From: Candidatus Electronema halotolerans
GTDB lineage: Bacteria > Desulfobacterota > Desulfobulbia > Desulfobulbales > Desulfobulbaceae
Assembly: GCA_942493095.1 (NCBI GenBank)
Contig: OW818675.1
Span: forward strand, 120,001-152,000
Direction: 5' to 3'
DNA length: 32,000 nucleotides
The notes under the pieces: generated by a model
Database searches by the model: none
Told to the model about the DNA's origin: nothing
Seen by the model: only the letters and a program-made list of their open reading frames with translations
In this document: in pieces, positions 18,189-27,559 of the stretch
How positions within the stretch are numbered: position 1 is the first letter of the stretch
Layout of the letters: every line of letters starts with the position of its first letter
Program-made: the position numbers and the translations under genes

Positions 18189-19240
18189 CAGCTCGTCCTG
18201 ATGCTGACTTTTGGTCTGGCAAGAAAGTTCTGCTGACCGGTCATACCGGCTTTAAAGGCGCATGGTTGACACTTTGGCTCAAGCAGCTCGGAGCTGAAGT
18301 CACAGCTATCAGTCTGCCTCCTGCCGCTGCCCAGAATCTCTTTGAACTGGCTGATATTGCTTCGTTATGCGACAGTAATTTTTGTGATGTTCGCGATGCG
18401 GCGGCATTGGCTGCCTATGTCAGAAAGGCAGACCCTGATGTGGTTTTTCATTTAGCAGCCCAGCCATTGGTCCGAGTCAGTTACCGTGAACCGCTGGCAA
18501 CTTTTGCTGTCAATATCATGGGCACGGCTCATTTGCTGGATGCCCTGCGCAGCAGTTCAGCTCGTGTTGCGGTGATGGTCACCACGGACAAAGTTTATCG
18601 TAACAACGAATGGCTATGGCCATATCGAGAAGATGATGCTCTTGGCGGCCATGACCCCTACAGTGCCAGCAAAGCTGCGTCTGAGATGGTTATCGACAGC
18701 TATCGCCAAGCGTTTTTGGCCGAACAAGGTGTGGCTGTGGCCAGTGTCCGGGCTGGTAATGTGATCGGCGGCGGTGATTGGTCAGAAGATCGTCTGCTTC
18801 CGGATGCAGTGCGGGCTTGGCAGGCAGGCAATGTGCTGCATGTCCGCTGTCCAGATGCGGTGCGGCCTTGGCAGCATGTTCTTGAGCCGCTGGCAGGCTA
18901 CCTTGTTCTTGCGCAGCAACTCTGGACGAATTATAGTTTGTCCGGTGCTTGGAATTTCGGCCCGCCGCCCCATGAAGCAATTTCTGTACGTGAATTGATT
19001 GAATTAGCTCAAACGGCGTATGGCAGCGGCCAAGTGCGATGCAGAGATGCCAGCGAAGGTCGGCATGAGGCGGGACGGCTGGTTTTGGAAACCGCTAAAG
19101 TTCGGCAGCTGCTTAATTTTCATCCCCGATTTTCTTTGGCTGAGGCAGTGAGCCGGACAATAGCTTGGCACAAGGCTCAGCATGAGGGAACCGATGCCCG
19201 CAGTCTCTGCAACGAGGATATTGCTGTTTATACGGGATGA
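18185..19240 (+). CDS. rfbG: CDP-glucose 4,6-dehydratase
   Basis: [28 protein letters not shown]; ATGA overlap with rfbF supports the start at 18185 rather than 18170. Confidence 0.93.
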   Translation: MTARPDADFWSGKKVLLTGHTGFKGAWLTLWLKQLGAEVTAISLPPAAAQNLFELADIASLCDSNFCDVRDAAALAAYVRKADPDVVFHLAAQPLVRVSYREPLATFAVNIMGTAHLLDALRSSSARVAVMVTTDKVYRNNEWLWPYREDDALGGHDPYSASKAASEMVIDSYRQAFLAEQGVAVASVRAGNVIGGGDWSEDRLLPDAVRAWQAGNVLHVRCPDAVRPWQHVLEPLAGYLVLAQQLWTNYSLSGAWNFGPPPHEAISVRELIELAQTAYGSGQVRCRDASEGRHEAGRLVLETAKVRQLLNFHPRFSLAEAVSRTIAWHKAQHEGTDARSLCNEDIAVYTG

Positions 19241-19937
19241 TGAGCGGAATTACCAGTAGCTTGAAAGCAGGGCAAAGCAGCTCTTCTCTTGCTTACCGTC
19301 CAGACATAGATGGACTGCGTGCTGTTGCCATATTGTCAGTTGTTATCAGTCATGCTTTTCCTGAAATATTGTGGCTCTCCGAGTTTTTCTGTGGTTGACA
19401 AAATCGGGTGGTGCCCCTGTTGAGTGTTGCTGTCTCGAAAATTATGTGATACCGATTGGTTAGCATTACCGAGACAACTACTCTGTAAAGTGAGTTGTGG
19501 ATTCAACTCGCAAGTGCAATTTTTTTTGGTTATCCAAAAAGCATAGGTTGGCTGGCACTTTGAATACTTCATGTAAATTTTCAATTATTTTCTCACCAGA
19601 TATGATCTTTAAGCCAAGAAGCTGTGTATCTTTTCAGAATTATTTTATGCAAGTCATGCGTGGTGGTTTTAAAAGACGTACAATTGATAACTGCGGGATA
19701 ACTATAACTGGATTTCAAGAAAGAAATAATGATTATGATGAAATTTTGCTTTCTATATTGTCTAATTTTTCAAATATAAAAATATTCTCTCCAAGGGAAT
19801 TATTTCGTCAAGGAGATATGTACAGTGCGTACAAAAATGGATATTTTTTATATTGGAACAGTGATCATCTAACTCGTGAAGGAGCAGATATGGTTATCGA
19901 CGCTTTTTTGCAAAGTTCTATTGGGAAAAAAATGTAA
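19237..19937 (+). pseudogene. Disrupted OafA-like acyltransferase (acyltransferase-3 N-terminus, SGNH-like C-terminus) with IS debris between
   Basis: 19237-19398 encodes [52 protein letters not shown]. About 19600-19937 encodes ...NIKIFSPRELFRQGDMYSAYKNGYFLYWNSDHLTREGADMVIDAF, typical of an SGNH C-terminal block. IS-end sequence lies between. Confidence 0.75.
19497..19594 (-). mobile_element. 98-bp end fragment of the MITE/IS30-like element, inverted relative to 24399..24584
   Basis: Matches the reverse complement of 24487-24584 with one mismatch. Confidence 0.85.
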
Positions 19938-19944
19938 GGTGACT

Positions 19945-20481
19945 ATGTTTTTTATTCAAGTGTCGTTACCTGATGTGTTTTTAATCAAAAATGAGCCTCA
20001 ATCAGATTCACGTGGTTCTTTTTCTCGGACATTTTGTGCTGAGGAATTTAAAAAAAATAGCCTCGAAACACATTTTGTTCAGGCTAATATCAGTAAAAAT
20101 ATTTACGCAGGAACAGTACGGGGCATGCACTTTCAACATGTCCCTCATGCTGAGGTGAAATTGGTGAGTTGCATTTCAGGTTCAATCTATGATGTTGTTG
20201 TTGATATTCGCAAACATTCAGCCACATATCTTAAATGGTTTGGCGCAGAGCTGTCAGCTAATAACGGTTTAATGATGTATGTGCCGCATGGTTTTGCGCA
20301 TGGCTATCAGGTATTAGAAGATGGTGCTGTGGTTCATTATTTGGTCAGCAACTTTTATACTCCAAACGCAGAAGAAGGACTTCGGTATAATGATCCAGTG
20401 ATTGGTATCCAATGGCCACTCCCTGCATCTCATGTTTCAGCTAAAGACTCAGATTGGCCTTTGATAATTAACAACTCATGA
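19945..20481 (+). CDS. dTDP-4-dehydrorhamnose 3,5-epimerase-like sugar epimerase (RmlC-like cupin)
   Basis: DSRGSFSRTFCAEEF, NISKNIYAGTVRGMHFQ, VVVDIRKHSATYLKWFG, YVPHGFAHGYQVLEDGAVVHY; start moved to the ATG at 19945, preceded by AAGGTG. Confidence 0.88.
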   Translation: MFFIQVSLPDVFLIKNEPQSDSRGSFSRTFCAEEFKKNSLETHFVQANISKNIYAGTVRGMHFQHVPHAEVKLVSCISGSIYDVVVDIRKHSATYLKWFGAELSANNGLMMYVPHGFAHGYQVLEDGAVVHYLVSNFYTPNAEEGLRYNDPVIGIQWPLPASHVSAKDSDWPLIINNS

Positions 20482-21296
20482 AAAGGATTGCCCTTACTGG
20501 TGCCAGTGGTTTTGTTGGCCGACAAATTTTCAACGCATTATATGAAAAAAAATATAAATTGTTGTTATTTAACCATCGATCAAATTTTTATAGTGAAAGT
20601 TTTGCTGACAAGGTTGAATATATTGCAACAAAAGATATTTTTTTGGAAAAAATTGAAAAACTGGCATCAGTCCTACAGGGTGTTGATACTCTGATTCATT
20701 CTGCTTGGCATGTTGAGCACAGCAACTACTTGCAATCAGAAAAAAATTTTGATTGTTTGACTGGCTCAGTTGCTTTAGCAAAAGCTTGTGTGCAAGCAGG
20801 AGTTCGTCGATTTGTCGGCATAGGCACCTGCTTTGAGTATGATTTAAGTTATGGCCGCTTGTCAGTGGAGACTCCTTTGAAGCCGACTACACCTTATGCC
20901 GCAGCTAAGGTATCGACATTTTTTGCTTTGACGCAATATTTTCTGTCTAAAGGAGTTGAATTTGTGTGGTGTCGCCTGTTTTATCTGTATGGCGAAGGTG
21001 AAGATGAACGAAGATTGGTACCGTACTTGCGAAAACAATTGGCTAATGGTAAAATAGCAGAACTGACAAGCGGAACTCAAGTACGTGATTTTTTGGATGT
21101 CCGGGAGGCAGGTCTATTAATTGCAGAAATTGCGCAAGGGCAACAACAGGGACCAATCAACGTATGTTCAGGCAAGCCTGTTACTGTCCGGCAATTGGCA
21201 GAGAAAATCGCTGATGAATATGGTCGGCGTGATTTGTTGCGTTTTGGTGTTCGTCATGATAATATAATCGATCCGCCGCTTGTTATTGGTATATGA
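20478..21296 (+). CDS. NAD-dependent epimerase/dehydratase
   Basis: MKRIALTGASGFVGRQIF Rossmann motif; 4-nt overlap with the upstream gene. Confidence 0.88.
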   Translation: MKRIALTGASGFVGRQIFNALYEKKYKLLLFNHRSNFYSESFADKVEYIATKDIFLEKIEKLASVLQGVDTLIHSAWHVEHSNYLQSEKNFDCLTGSVALAKACVQAGVRRFVGIGTCFEYDLSYGRLSVETPLKPTTPYAAAKVSTFFALTQYFLSKGVEFVWCRLFYLYGEGEDERRLVPYLRKQLANGKIAELTSGTQVRDFLDVREAGLLIAEIAQGQQQGPINVCSGKPVTVRQLAEKIADEYGRRDLLRFGVRHDNIIDPPLVIGI

Positions 21297-21330
21297 TTAC
21301 TATGAATATTCTTCATAAGAGATTTCAAAA

Positions 21331-22095
21331 ATGGATATGAAAGTTGGTGTTTCGTCTAAGCATGATCAGATGATCGTAGAGCAACTTGTTGCTTTAGCTG
21401 AAAAACGTCCATTTGATGAAATAATGCAGGCGTTTCCTGGTTATATAAGAAGGCAGATTGTAACACGTTTTCTTGCTTATTATGAATTATTCAGGCTTAT
21501 TAAAGATATTCCTGGATGGATTGTTGAATGTGGTATCTACAGAGGGTTTAGTTTTTTTGCATTAGGAAAATTTCTTGAAATTTTTTGTATGGGGGATAAA
21601 ACGAGGAAAATAGTAGGGTTTGACAATTTTGAAGGTTTCACACCGCTTCATAAGGAAGATGGATTTGAAGATGAAAAATGCACTCGGCATGAATATGGAA
21701 CAAACCCATCTAATTTTAAAGATGATTTCTTCAAACTTCTCAACTTGGCAAATACTGATTGCTTTGCCCCGTGGAGTGAACGAATGATTGTAGTTGATGG
21801 CGACGCAAGATTTTCTATTCCTATTTTTTGCAGAGAAAATCCTGGTTTGCGTCTTTCAATGCTTCATATTGATATTGATATTTATGAGCCAGTAAAAACA
21901 GCTTTGGAAAATCTATACCCACGATTAGTACCAGGAGGTATAGTTGTTCTTGATGAATTTGCTCATAAAGACTGGCCTGGTGAAAGTTCGGCGTTAGAGC
22001 ATTGCTTTAAAGAAAAAAAATGGCCTTTGCCAAAACTTAGAACATTCGGTTGGGTTGGAACACCAACTACTTATTTTGTTAAAGAGGAATGGTGA
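21331..22095 (+). CDS. TylF/MycF-like O-methyltransferase
   Basis: GWIVECGIYRGFSFFALGKFLE, RLSMLHIDIDIYEPVKTALENLYPRLVPGGIVVLDEFA. Confidence 0.75.
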   Translation: MDMKVGVSSKHDQMIVEQLVALAEKRPFDEIMQAFPGYIRRQIVTRFLAYYELFRLIKDIPGWIVECGIYRGFSFFALGKFLEIFCMGDKTRKIVGFDNFEGFTPLHKEDGFEDEKCTRHEYGTNPSNFKDDFFKLLNLANTDCFAPWSERMIVVDGDARFSIPIFCRENPGLRLSMLHIDIDIYEPVKTALENLYPRLVPGGIVVLDEFAHKDWPGESSALEHCFKEKKWPLPKLRTFGWVGTPTTYFVKEEW

Positions 22096-23276
22096 ATAGA
22101 AAGAAAATCAAAGTTCTTCACATAACAACACATCTTGGTGGTGGTTTGGGAACTGCTATCAGTTCCTATATTGCCAATTCAAGTCTATCGCATACTGTAC
22201 TCGAACTTGAAGAAACAATAAATCCATGTCTGCTTTCTCATAATTTTGATATCATAACAATGTCAAGAAGAGAGGAACTGTCACTATTGGCAAGGAATAG
22301 TGATATAATATTGCTGCATTACTATTGTCATCCATTAGCGGCGTGGGCTTTGTTTGAATTAAATACTCTTCTCGAAAGAAAAATAGTCATCTGGTGCCAT
22401 AATAATGGAATAGATTTTTTGAGGCCATTACCTGATGCTCTTTCTGGTATGTCAGACGCTGTTATCTTGTCTGGATGTCAAGATAACAGGTTTGATGACT
22501 GTGATATAATACGTCCAATACCTCAAGTGGAGGTATTGGAAAAAATAGCTGGAAAATTGCAAGGAAAAGACAATAACAAGTTGTTATTTAGATATATTGG
22601 TAGTCTTAGTTATGATAAAATTTATGAATATGCAGAGAATTGGTTTATTTATCTATCTGAAAAATGGAATTTTCAAATTGTGACATTTGACATAGAACAT
22701 GATTTTTTTAAGTTTGATTTATTATCAGGGAGTACGGAGAGGTCATTGTTGTACGATTGTTTTTTCTGCGCAATTTATCCGCTTAAATCGACACATTATG
22801 GTTGTGGTGAATTAGGATTGCAAGAACTGCTGATGTTGGGTTATCCTGTAATTCTCAGGAGAAATAAAATAGAAACAGAGATCGTTAATAATTTGGAAGG
22901 TGTTTACTTCGCTGATTCTTTTACAGAGTTCTGTTCTGTATGTTCAGAGGTGTCTGTAAATTGGGACAAGATACTTTTTGAGTGGAAAAATCGTTCAGAA
23001 AAAAATATACAAGTAATCAGATCGAGATGTCCTTATGATAAACTTGACAGATTGATTTATAATGTATATCATAAAGATACAAAAAAGGAGCATATTTGTA
23101 GCTTTAATTCCCGTGACCTAATCAAATTTTCTTATAATCAGACAAGTGAAGAAGGTCTGAAGAAAATTTTTTGTTTATGGGGAAAAAATAAGCAATGGAA
23201 TGTTTCCAAAAAAGGATCTCCTGCTCAGTTTCAAAAATATTTTCCAGAAATAAACGACTTTACCTTGTGTAAGTAA
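22089..23276 (+). CDS. Putative glycosyltransferase (GT-B/GT4-like), divergent
   Basis: N-terminal VLHITTHLGGGLGTAISSYI and C-terminal GELGLQELLMLGYPVILRR resemble GT4-type proteins; 7-nt overlap with previous ORF. Confidence 0.5.
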   Translation: MVNRKKIKVLHITTHLGGGLGTAISSYIANSSLSHTVLELEETINPCLLSHNFDIITMSRREELSLLARNSDIILLHYYCHPLAAWALFELNTLLERKIVIWCHNNGIDFLRPLPDALSGMSDAVILSGCQDNRFDDCDIIRPIPQVEVLEKIAGKLQGKDNNKLLFRYIGSLSYDKIYEYAENWFIYLSEKWNFQIVTFDIEHDFFKFDLLSGSTERSLLYDCFFCAIYPLKSTHYGCGELGLQELLMLGYPVILRRNKIETEIVNNLEGVYFADSFTEFCSVCSEVSVNWDKILFEWKNRSEKNIQVIRSRCPYDKLDRLIYNVYHKDTKKEHICSFNSRDLIKFSYNQTSEEGLKKIFCLWGKNKQWNVSKKGSPAQFQKYFPEINDFTLCK

Positions 23277-23325
23277 ATATGCCAGATCAAAGTTTCACAA
23301 TAAAATTCACAGATACTTAGTATTG

Positions 23326-24084
23326 ATGCTTGTTATTGATCTTACCTCAAGAAATGCTTTGGTTACTGGAGGAACTGGCGAAATAGGACGTGCGATCGTG
23401 CATGCACTTGCTTATGCGGGTGCTAATGTCGCTATACATTATAAAAGTAATATAAACCAAGCAGATAAACTGCTTTCAGACGTGCAAGCTGCTGGTGTTC
23501 GTGGAATGACTGTGCAAGCTGACGTGACTGAATGGAATTCTGTTGCCGCAATGCGTGATCAAGTAGTTGGGTATCTTGGAGCGATAGATATTATTGTTAC
23601 AAGTGCAGTAATTCAATATAAATGGAAAAGTGTATTTGAACAAAAAATTGAAGATTACGAAAGTCAATTCCGTTCAAACGTTCTTCATAATATTTTTATG
23701 GCAAAGGCTTTTATACCTTCAATGATGCATAGAAAATGGGGTCGATTGATAGGAATTAATACAGAATGTTCGATGTTAGCAATGCCAAGACAATCAGCTT
23801 ATGTGGCAGGGAAGCGAGGGATGGATGGTGTGCTGCGAGTATTAGCTCGTGAGGTTGGAGAGCATGGTGTAACTGTTAATCAGGTGGCTCCGGGATGGAT
23901 TGTCAGTGAGGACAGCTTGAATGCCGCATCATCTGAAAATTATATCAAAAAAGTTCCTCTTCAACGTCGAGGAACCAATAAAGAGGTTGCCGGAGTTGTA
24001 GCTTTTCTTGCATCAGAGATGGCAAGTTTTATCACAGGAGTGTATATTCCTGTATGTGGTGGAAGTGTTATGCCATCTATATAG
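23326..24084 (+). CDS. Short-chain dehydrogenase/reductase (FabG-like)
   Basis: NALVTGGTGEIGRAIVHALAYAGANVAIHY; QSAYVAGKRGMDGVLRVLAREVGEHGVTVNQVAPGW. Confidence 0.88.
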   Translation: MLVIDLTSRNALVTGGTGEIGRAIVHALAYAGANVAIHYKSNINQADKLLSDVQAAGVRGMTVQADVTEWNSVAAMRDQVVGYLGAIDIIVTSAVIQYKWKSVFEQKIEDYESQFRSNVLHNIFMAKAFIPSMMHRKWGRLIGINTECSMLAMPRQSAYVAGKRGMDGVLRVLAREVGEHGVTVNQVAPGWIVSEDSLNAASSENYIKKVPLQRRGTNKEVAGVVAFLASEMASFITGVYIPVCGGSVMPSI

Positions 24085-24280
24085 CCTTCAGGGGTAACCG
24101 ATCACAGGGTCAACTATCTGAAATTATTGAATCGATTTTTTATTAAATTTGGTTTAGCATTAGCGTTGAAAAGATAAATAGTTGATATTATAAATTTTAA
24201 CAATTCAACATGCCGAGCTTCCCGGTTTAACAAAAAAGTCTCTTTTAAAAGAGAATAAACAACAAGTTACAGTGAATTTC

Positions 24281-24312
24281 ATACCCCGTGATCGCTTACG
24301 ATCACAGGGTAT
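24281..24312. repeat. Hairpin with 14-bp arms (one mismatch)
   Basis: ATACCCCGTGATCG-ctta-CGATCACAGGGTAT. Confidence 0.7.
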
Positions 24313-24398
24313 CTCTGAAAAACACTGGCGCTTGGCATCGTAACCGGATAAATTGTGGCTCTCCGATAATTTCCGGGGTTGTAATTCCAGTGCTTTTG

Positions 24399-24584
24399 GT
24401 GAATTCAAGTTCCAAGTGCAACTTTTTTTGGTTGCAAGAAAAGGCAGTTACGGGAGTGTCACAACTTTGCTTTTGTCGCTAACTAAGAGAAAATAATTGA
24501 AAATTTACATGAAGTATTCAAAGTGCCAGCCAACCTATGCTTTTTGGATAACCAAAAAAAGTTGCACTTGCGAGTTGAATCCAC
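24399..24584. mobile_element. About 186-bp MITE with roughly 35-bp TIRs resembling the IS30-family left end at 30453
   Basis: Left GTGAATTCAAGTTCCAAGTGCAACTTTTTTTGGTT (from 24399/24400); right end reverse complement GTGGATTCAACTCGCAAGTGCAACTTTTTTTGGTT. No transposase ORF. Confidence 0.75.
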
Positions 24585-24615
24585 ACCGTAACCGCTATAA
24601 AAGGGAGATTGTTTC

Positions 24616-25365
24616 ATGATGAATAAAAGATGCGATAGAAGAGAGCCTGTAGGGCTACTTCAAAAATATTTGACACGTTGTAACATACTAACTAAGTTAG
24701 CTAAACAAGATATACGTACCTTACTTGCTTGCAAGTGTCTTGTAGAAGATTATAAACATAAATTGAAGTCGATAACATTAGGAGCAGTAGCTCCAGTCGG
24801 TTGGTTTACATATCCATTCCTCGAGCATGTAGAAGGTTGTGACATGTCAAAATTAAGGGTATTTGAATGGGGTGGAGGAAATTCAACTATCATGTGGGGT
24901 TGCAGATGCAAAAGTGTTGTAACTGTTGAGAGTGATGATTCTTGGTTTGATTTTTTAAAAAAGAATACTGCTAATTTCAAGAATATTACATTATTTCTAT
25001 CAAAAGATATTGATTCATATACCAAATATATTATTTATCATATAAATGATATTGATATAATTCTGATTGATGGAAGATGGAGGTATGAATGCGCTGTAGT
25101 GGCATTGCAAAATATACCTCAAAATGTGATAATTATTTTAGATAATTCAGAATGGTGTCCAGAGACAAATAAGTTGTTTAGTTCACATGGTTATGCGAGA
25201 ATCGATTTTTCTGGTTTCGGCCCCAGTAACCAGTTTTCTTGGTGCACATCTATATTTTTTAAATCAATGGAAAGTCCTTTGTTGCATCCTGTAAAGTCTC
25301 CTTTTTGTATAGGTGGAATTTCACATGATGAATGTGGATATATGTTTACTGGAGAACATCTATGA
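24616..25365 (+). CDS. Predicted class I SAM-dependent methyltransferase-like protein
   Basis: LRVFEWGGGNSTIMWGCRCKSVVTVESDDSWFDFLKKN and DIDIILIDGRWRYECAV. Confidence 0.55.
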   Translation: MMNKRCDRREPVGLLQKYLTRCNILTKLAKQDIRTLLACKCLVEDYKHKLKSITLGAVAPVGWFTYPFLEHVEGCDMSKLRVFEWGGGNSTIMWGCRCKSVVTVESDDSWFDFLKKNTANFKNITLFLSKDIDSYTKYIIYHINDIDIILIDGRWRYECAVVALQNIPQNVIIILDNSEWCPETNKLFSSHGYARIDFSGFGPSNQFSWCTSIFFKSMESPLLHPVKSPFCIGGISHDECGYMFTGEHL

Positions 25366-25396
25366 TCAGTTATAGCTCGATATCCTTATATTAAGA

Positions 25397-25999
25397 ATGG
25401 ATGAAATCGAAAAAGAGGATATAAATATGATACTCAATGAACATGTTGTCTGGCATGAAAGAGCTGTAAATTTTTTTCCGTCACACGGTGATATGTGTAT
25501 GCTTGGTAATCAAGAAAATCGTTCTAACTTTAATTTTGGCAGGAAAATTATTTCTATAGATCCTGATGGAGGTGATTTTAAAATTGATCTTTCTGATCCA
25601 AGAATTTTTGTTGTGAATCCTGACATTCATAGAAGATTTTCTGTCGTATATAACTTAGGAACTATTGAGCATATATGGGATATTCATACTGCATATGTCA
25701 ATGCTTCTGAGTTGTGTGATATGGGGGGAGTATTCGTAAATATAGTTCCGGTCAGCGGCTACGCATTGCATGGGATGCATGTAACAAATCATAAATATAT
25801 AGAAATTTTTTTCTTGAAAAATGGATATGATATATTAGACATTTTTTATACTTCAAAGGAAGGAGAATCGTATGAGGCACCAACACGTTGGTTTACTGGT
25901 GATATTCTTCAATGGATTGTAGCAAGAAAATGTAAATTTGTGGAGTCATATATTCGTCCACAAGAAATATTCGTTGGGGGGAGACGAGTTGAAGTTTAA
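25397..25999 (+). CDS. Putative methyltransferase-like protein in glycan locus
   Basis: SVVYNLGTIEHIWDIHTAYVNASELCDMGGVFVNIVPVSGYALHG resembles Rossmann methyltransferase motifs; no clear motif I. Confidence 0.4.
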   Translation: MDEIEKEDINMILNEHVVWHERAVNFFPSHGDMCMLGNQENRSNFNFGRKIISIDPDGGDFKIDLSDPRIFVVNPDIHRRFSVVYNLGTIEHIWDIHTAYVNASELCDMGGVFVNIVPVSGYALHGMHVTNHKYIEIFFLKNGYDILDIFYTSKEGESYEAPTRWFTGDILQWIVARKCKFVESYIRPQEIFVGGRRVEV

Positions 26000-26708
26000 A
26001 AATGAATTGAACTTGGAATGGCTCAAATCGGCAGCTAAAAGTAAATATGCATCCAATTTTAATTGGATGGGCATTCCAATCATCCAAGTTCCTCAAGATG
26101 TACAAGCAATGCAGGAATTGATTTGGTCAGTCAAGCCTGATCTTATCATAGAAACAGGTATTGCTCACGGAGGATCGTTAATTTTTAACGCATCTATGTT
26201 GGCATTGCTTGATATTTGCGATGCGATTGAAACAGGAATGTCTATAAATCCAAAAAAATCAAAACGTAAAGTTCTTGGCATAGATATAGATATTCGCACT
26301 CATAATCGTGCGGCCATTGAAGCTCATCCCATGTATTCGCACATTCAGATGATTGAAGGTTCCAGCACAGCATCAGATGTAATTGCGCAAGTTAAAAAAA
26401 TTGCTGCTTATTACTCTCGTGTCTTAGTCTGTCTAGATAGTAATCACACGCACGATCATGTACTGGCTGAACTTGAAGCTTATGCCCCGCTAACCAGTTT
26501 GAATAGTTACTGTGTGGTGTTTGATACTGTGATTGAAGACATGTCGGCTGATATTTTCCAAGATCGTCCTTGGGGGCCTGGCAATAACCCTAAAACTGCA
26601 GTTTGGGAATATCTTAAAACCAACAATAAATTTAAAATTGATAAAAAAATTCAGCATAAATTGCTTCTTACAGTTTCTCCAGATGGATATTTAAAAAGAA
26701 TAAAATGA
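25938..26708 (+). CDS. Cephalosporin hydroxylase (CmcI)-like family protein
   Basis: PDLIIETGIAHGGSLIFNASML, VLVCLDSNHTHDHVLAELEAYAPL, FQDRPWGPGNNPKTAVWEYL. A TTG start at 25989 after GGGGGGAGACGAG would remove most of the overlap with the upstream ORF. Confidence 0.85.
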   Translation: MWSHIFVHKKYSLGGDELKFKNELNLEWLKSAAKSKYASNFNWMGIPIIQVPQDVQAMQELIWSVKPDLIIETGIAHGGSLIFNASMLALLDICDAIETGMSINPKKSKRKVLGIDIDIRTHNRAAIEAHPMYSHIQMIEGSSTASDVIAQVKKIAAYYSRVLVCLDSNHTHDHVLAELEAYAPLTSLNSYCVVFDTVIEDMSADIFQDRPWGPGNNPKTAVWEYLKTNNKFKIDKKIQHKLLLTVSPDGYLKRIK

Positions 26709-27535
26709 ATTCAGCAGCACCAAGAGTTACAATTGGAATTCCAGTGTATAACGAAGAACAGTTTTTAGCAGAAACTATAATTTCAGCAATCAGTCAAGAT
26801 TATAAAAATATAAATATCATTATCACGGATAACTGTTCCATTGATAGTAGCTATGATATAGCTACAGAGTTTTCCCAAGAAGACGAAAGAATTCGTGTTA
26901 TAAGACATGAAAAAAATATAGGATTTAAAGAAAATGTTTGTGCTGGGTTAAATTATGCAGATACAGAATACTTTGTATGGCTTGGTGCTCATGATATTTT
27001 TAACAAAGATTATATCTTATCATCTGTTGATTATTTAGATAGAAATAGAAATGTGATTATGGTTTATCCGCAAAAAGCGATATTTATAGATCAAAAAAAT
27101 AAAAAATTGGATATTGAAGACGTTTGTTCTGATATCGATACTGGATATGAATTAAATGCTGCTAATCGGTTTTTTCATATTATAAAATCATTAAATTCAT
27201 GCACAAATATTCATGGAGTATTCAGGACAACTATTTTGAAAAAATTGCCTATTAAAAAAGTGATAGGCGGTGATCATCTTGTTTTGGCGATGGCAGGAAT
27301 TTATGGACAAATACATGGACTCCCTCTTGAAGGAATAAGAAGACGTGAATTTCGTTTTCAGTCTCATGGTGAAGCTATTAAACGATGGAAACAAGCTGGA
27401 GTATTTAAGGATGAAGGAAAAAATCCTTATCATAAGCTGATCAACCTTCATCTATATTATTTTTTAACAAGCAGAAAAATTTCTTTGAGAGAGAAATTTT
27501 TAAATTTTTTTTTATCTAAAGCATATTTTGTATAA
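26705..27535 (+). CDS. Glycosyltransferase family 2
   Basis: PRVTIGIPVYNEEQFLAETIISAISQDYKNINIIITDN. Confidence 0.9.
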   Translation: MNSAAPRVTIGIPVYNEEQFLAETIISAISQDYKNINIIITDNCSIDSSYDIATEFSQEDERIRVIRHEKNIGFKENVCAGLNYADTEYFVWLGAHDIFNKDYILSSVDYLDRNRNVIMVYPQKAIFIDQKNKKLDIEDVCSDIDTGYELNAANRFFHIIKSLNSCTNIHGVFRTTILKKLPIKKVIGGDHLVLAMAGIYGQIHGLPLEGIRRREFRFQSHGEAIKRWKQAGVFKDEGKNPYHKLINLHLYYFLTSRKISLREKFLNFFLSKAYFV

Positions 27536-27559
27536 TAAGTTCCTCTGTTTAAATGTGTC

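Noticed and set aside
24205-24482. Short ORFs on both strands in the 24.1-24.6 kb gap
   Set aside because: They overlap MITE ends and hairpins (e.g. ...SSSKCNFFW encoded by the TIR); no independent support.
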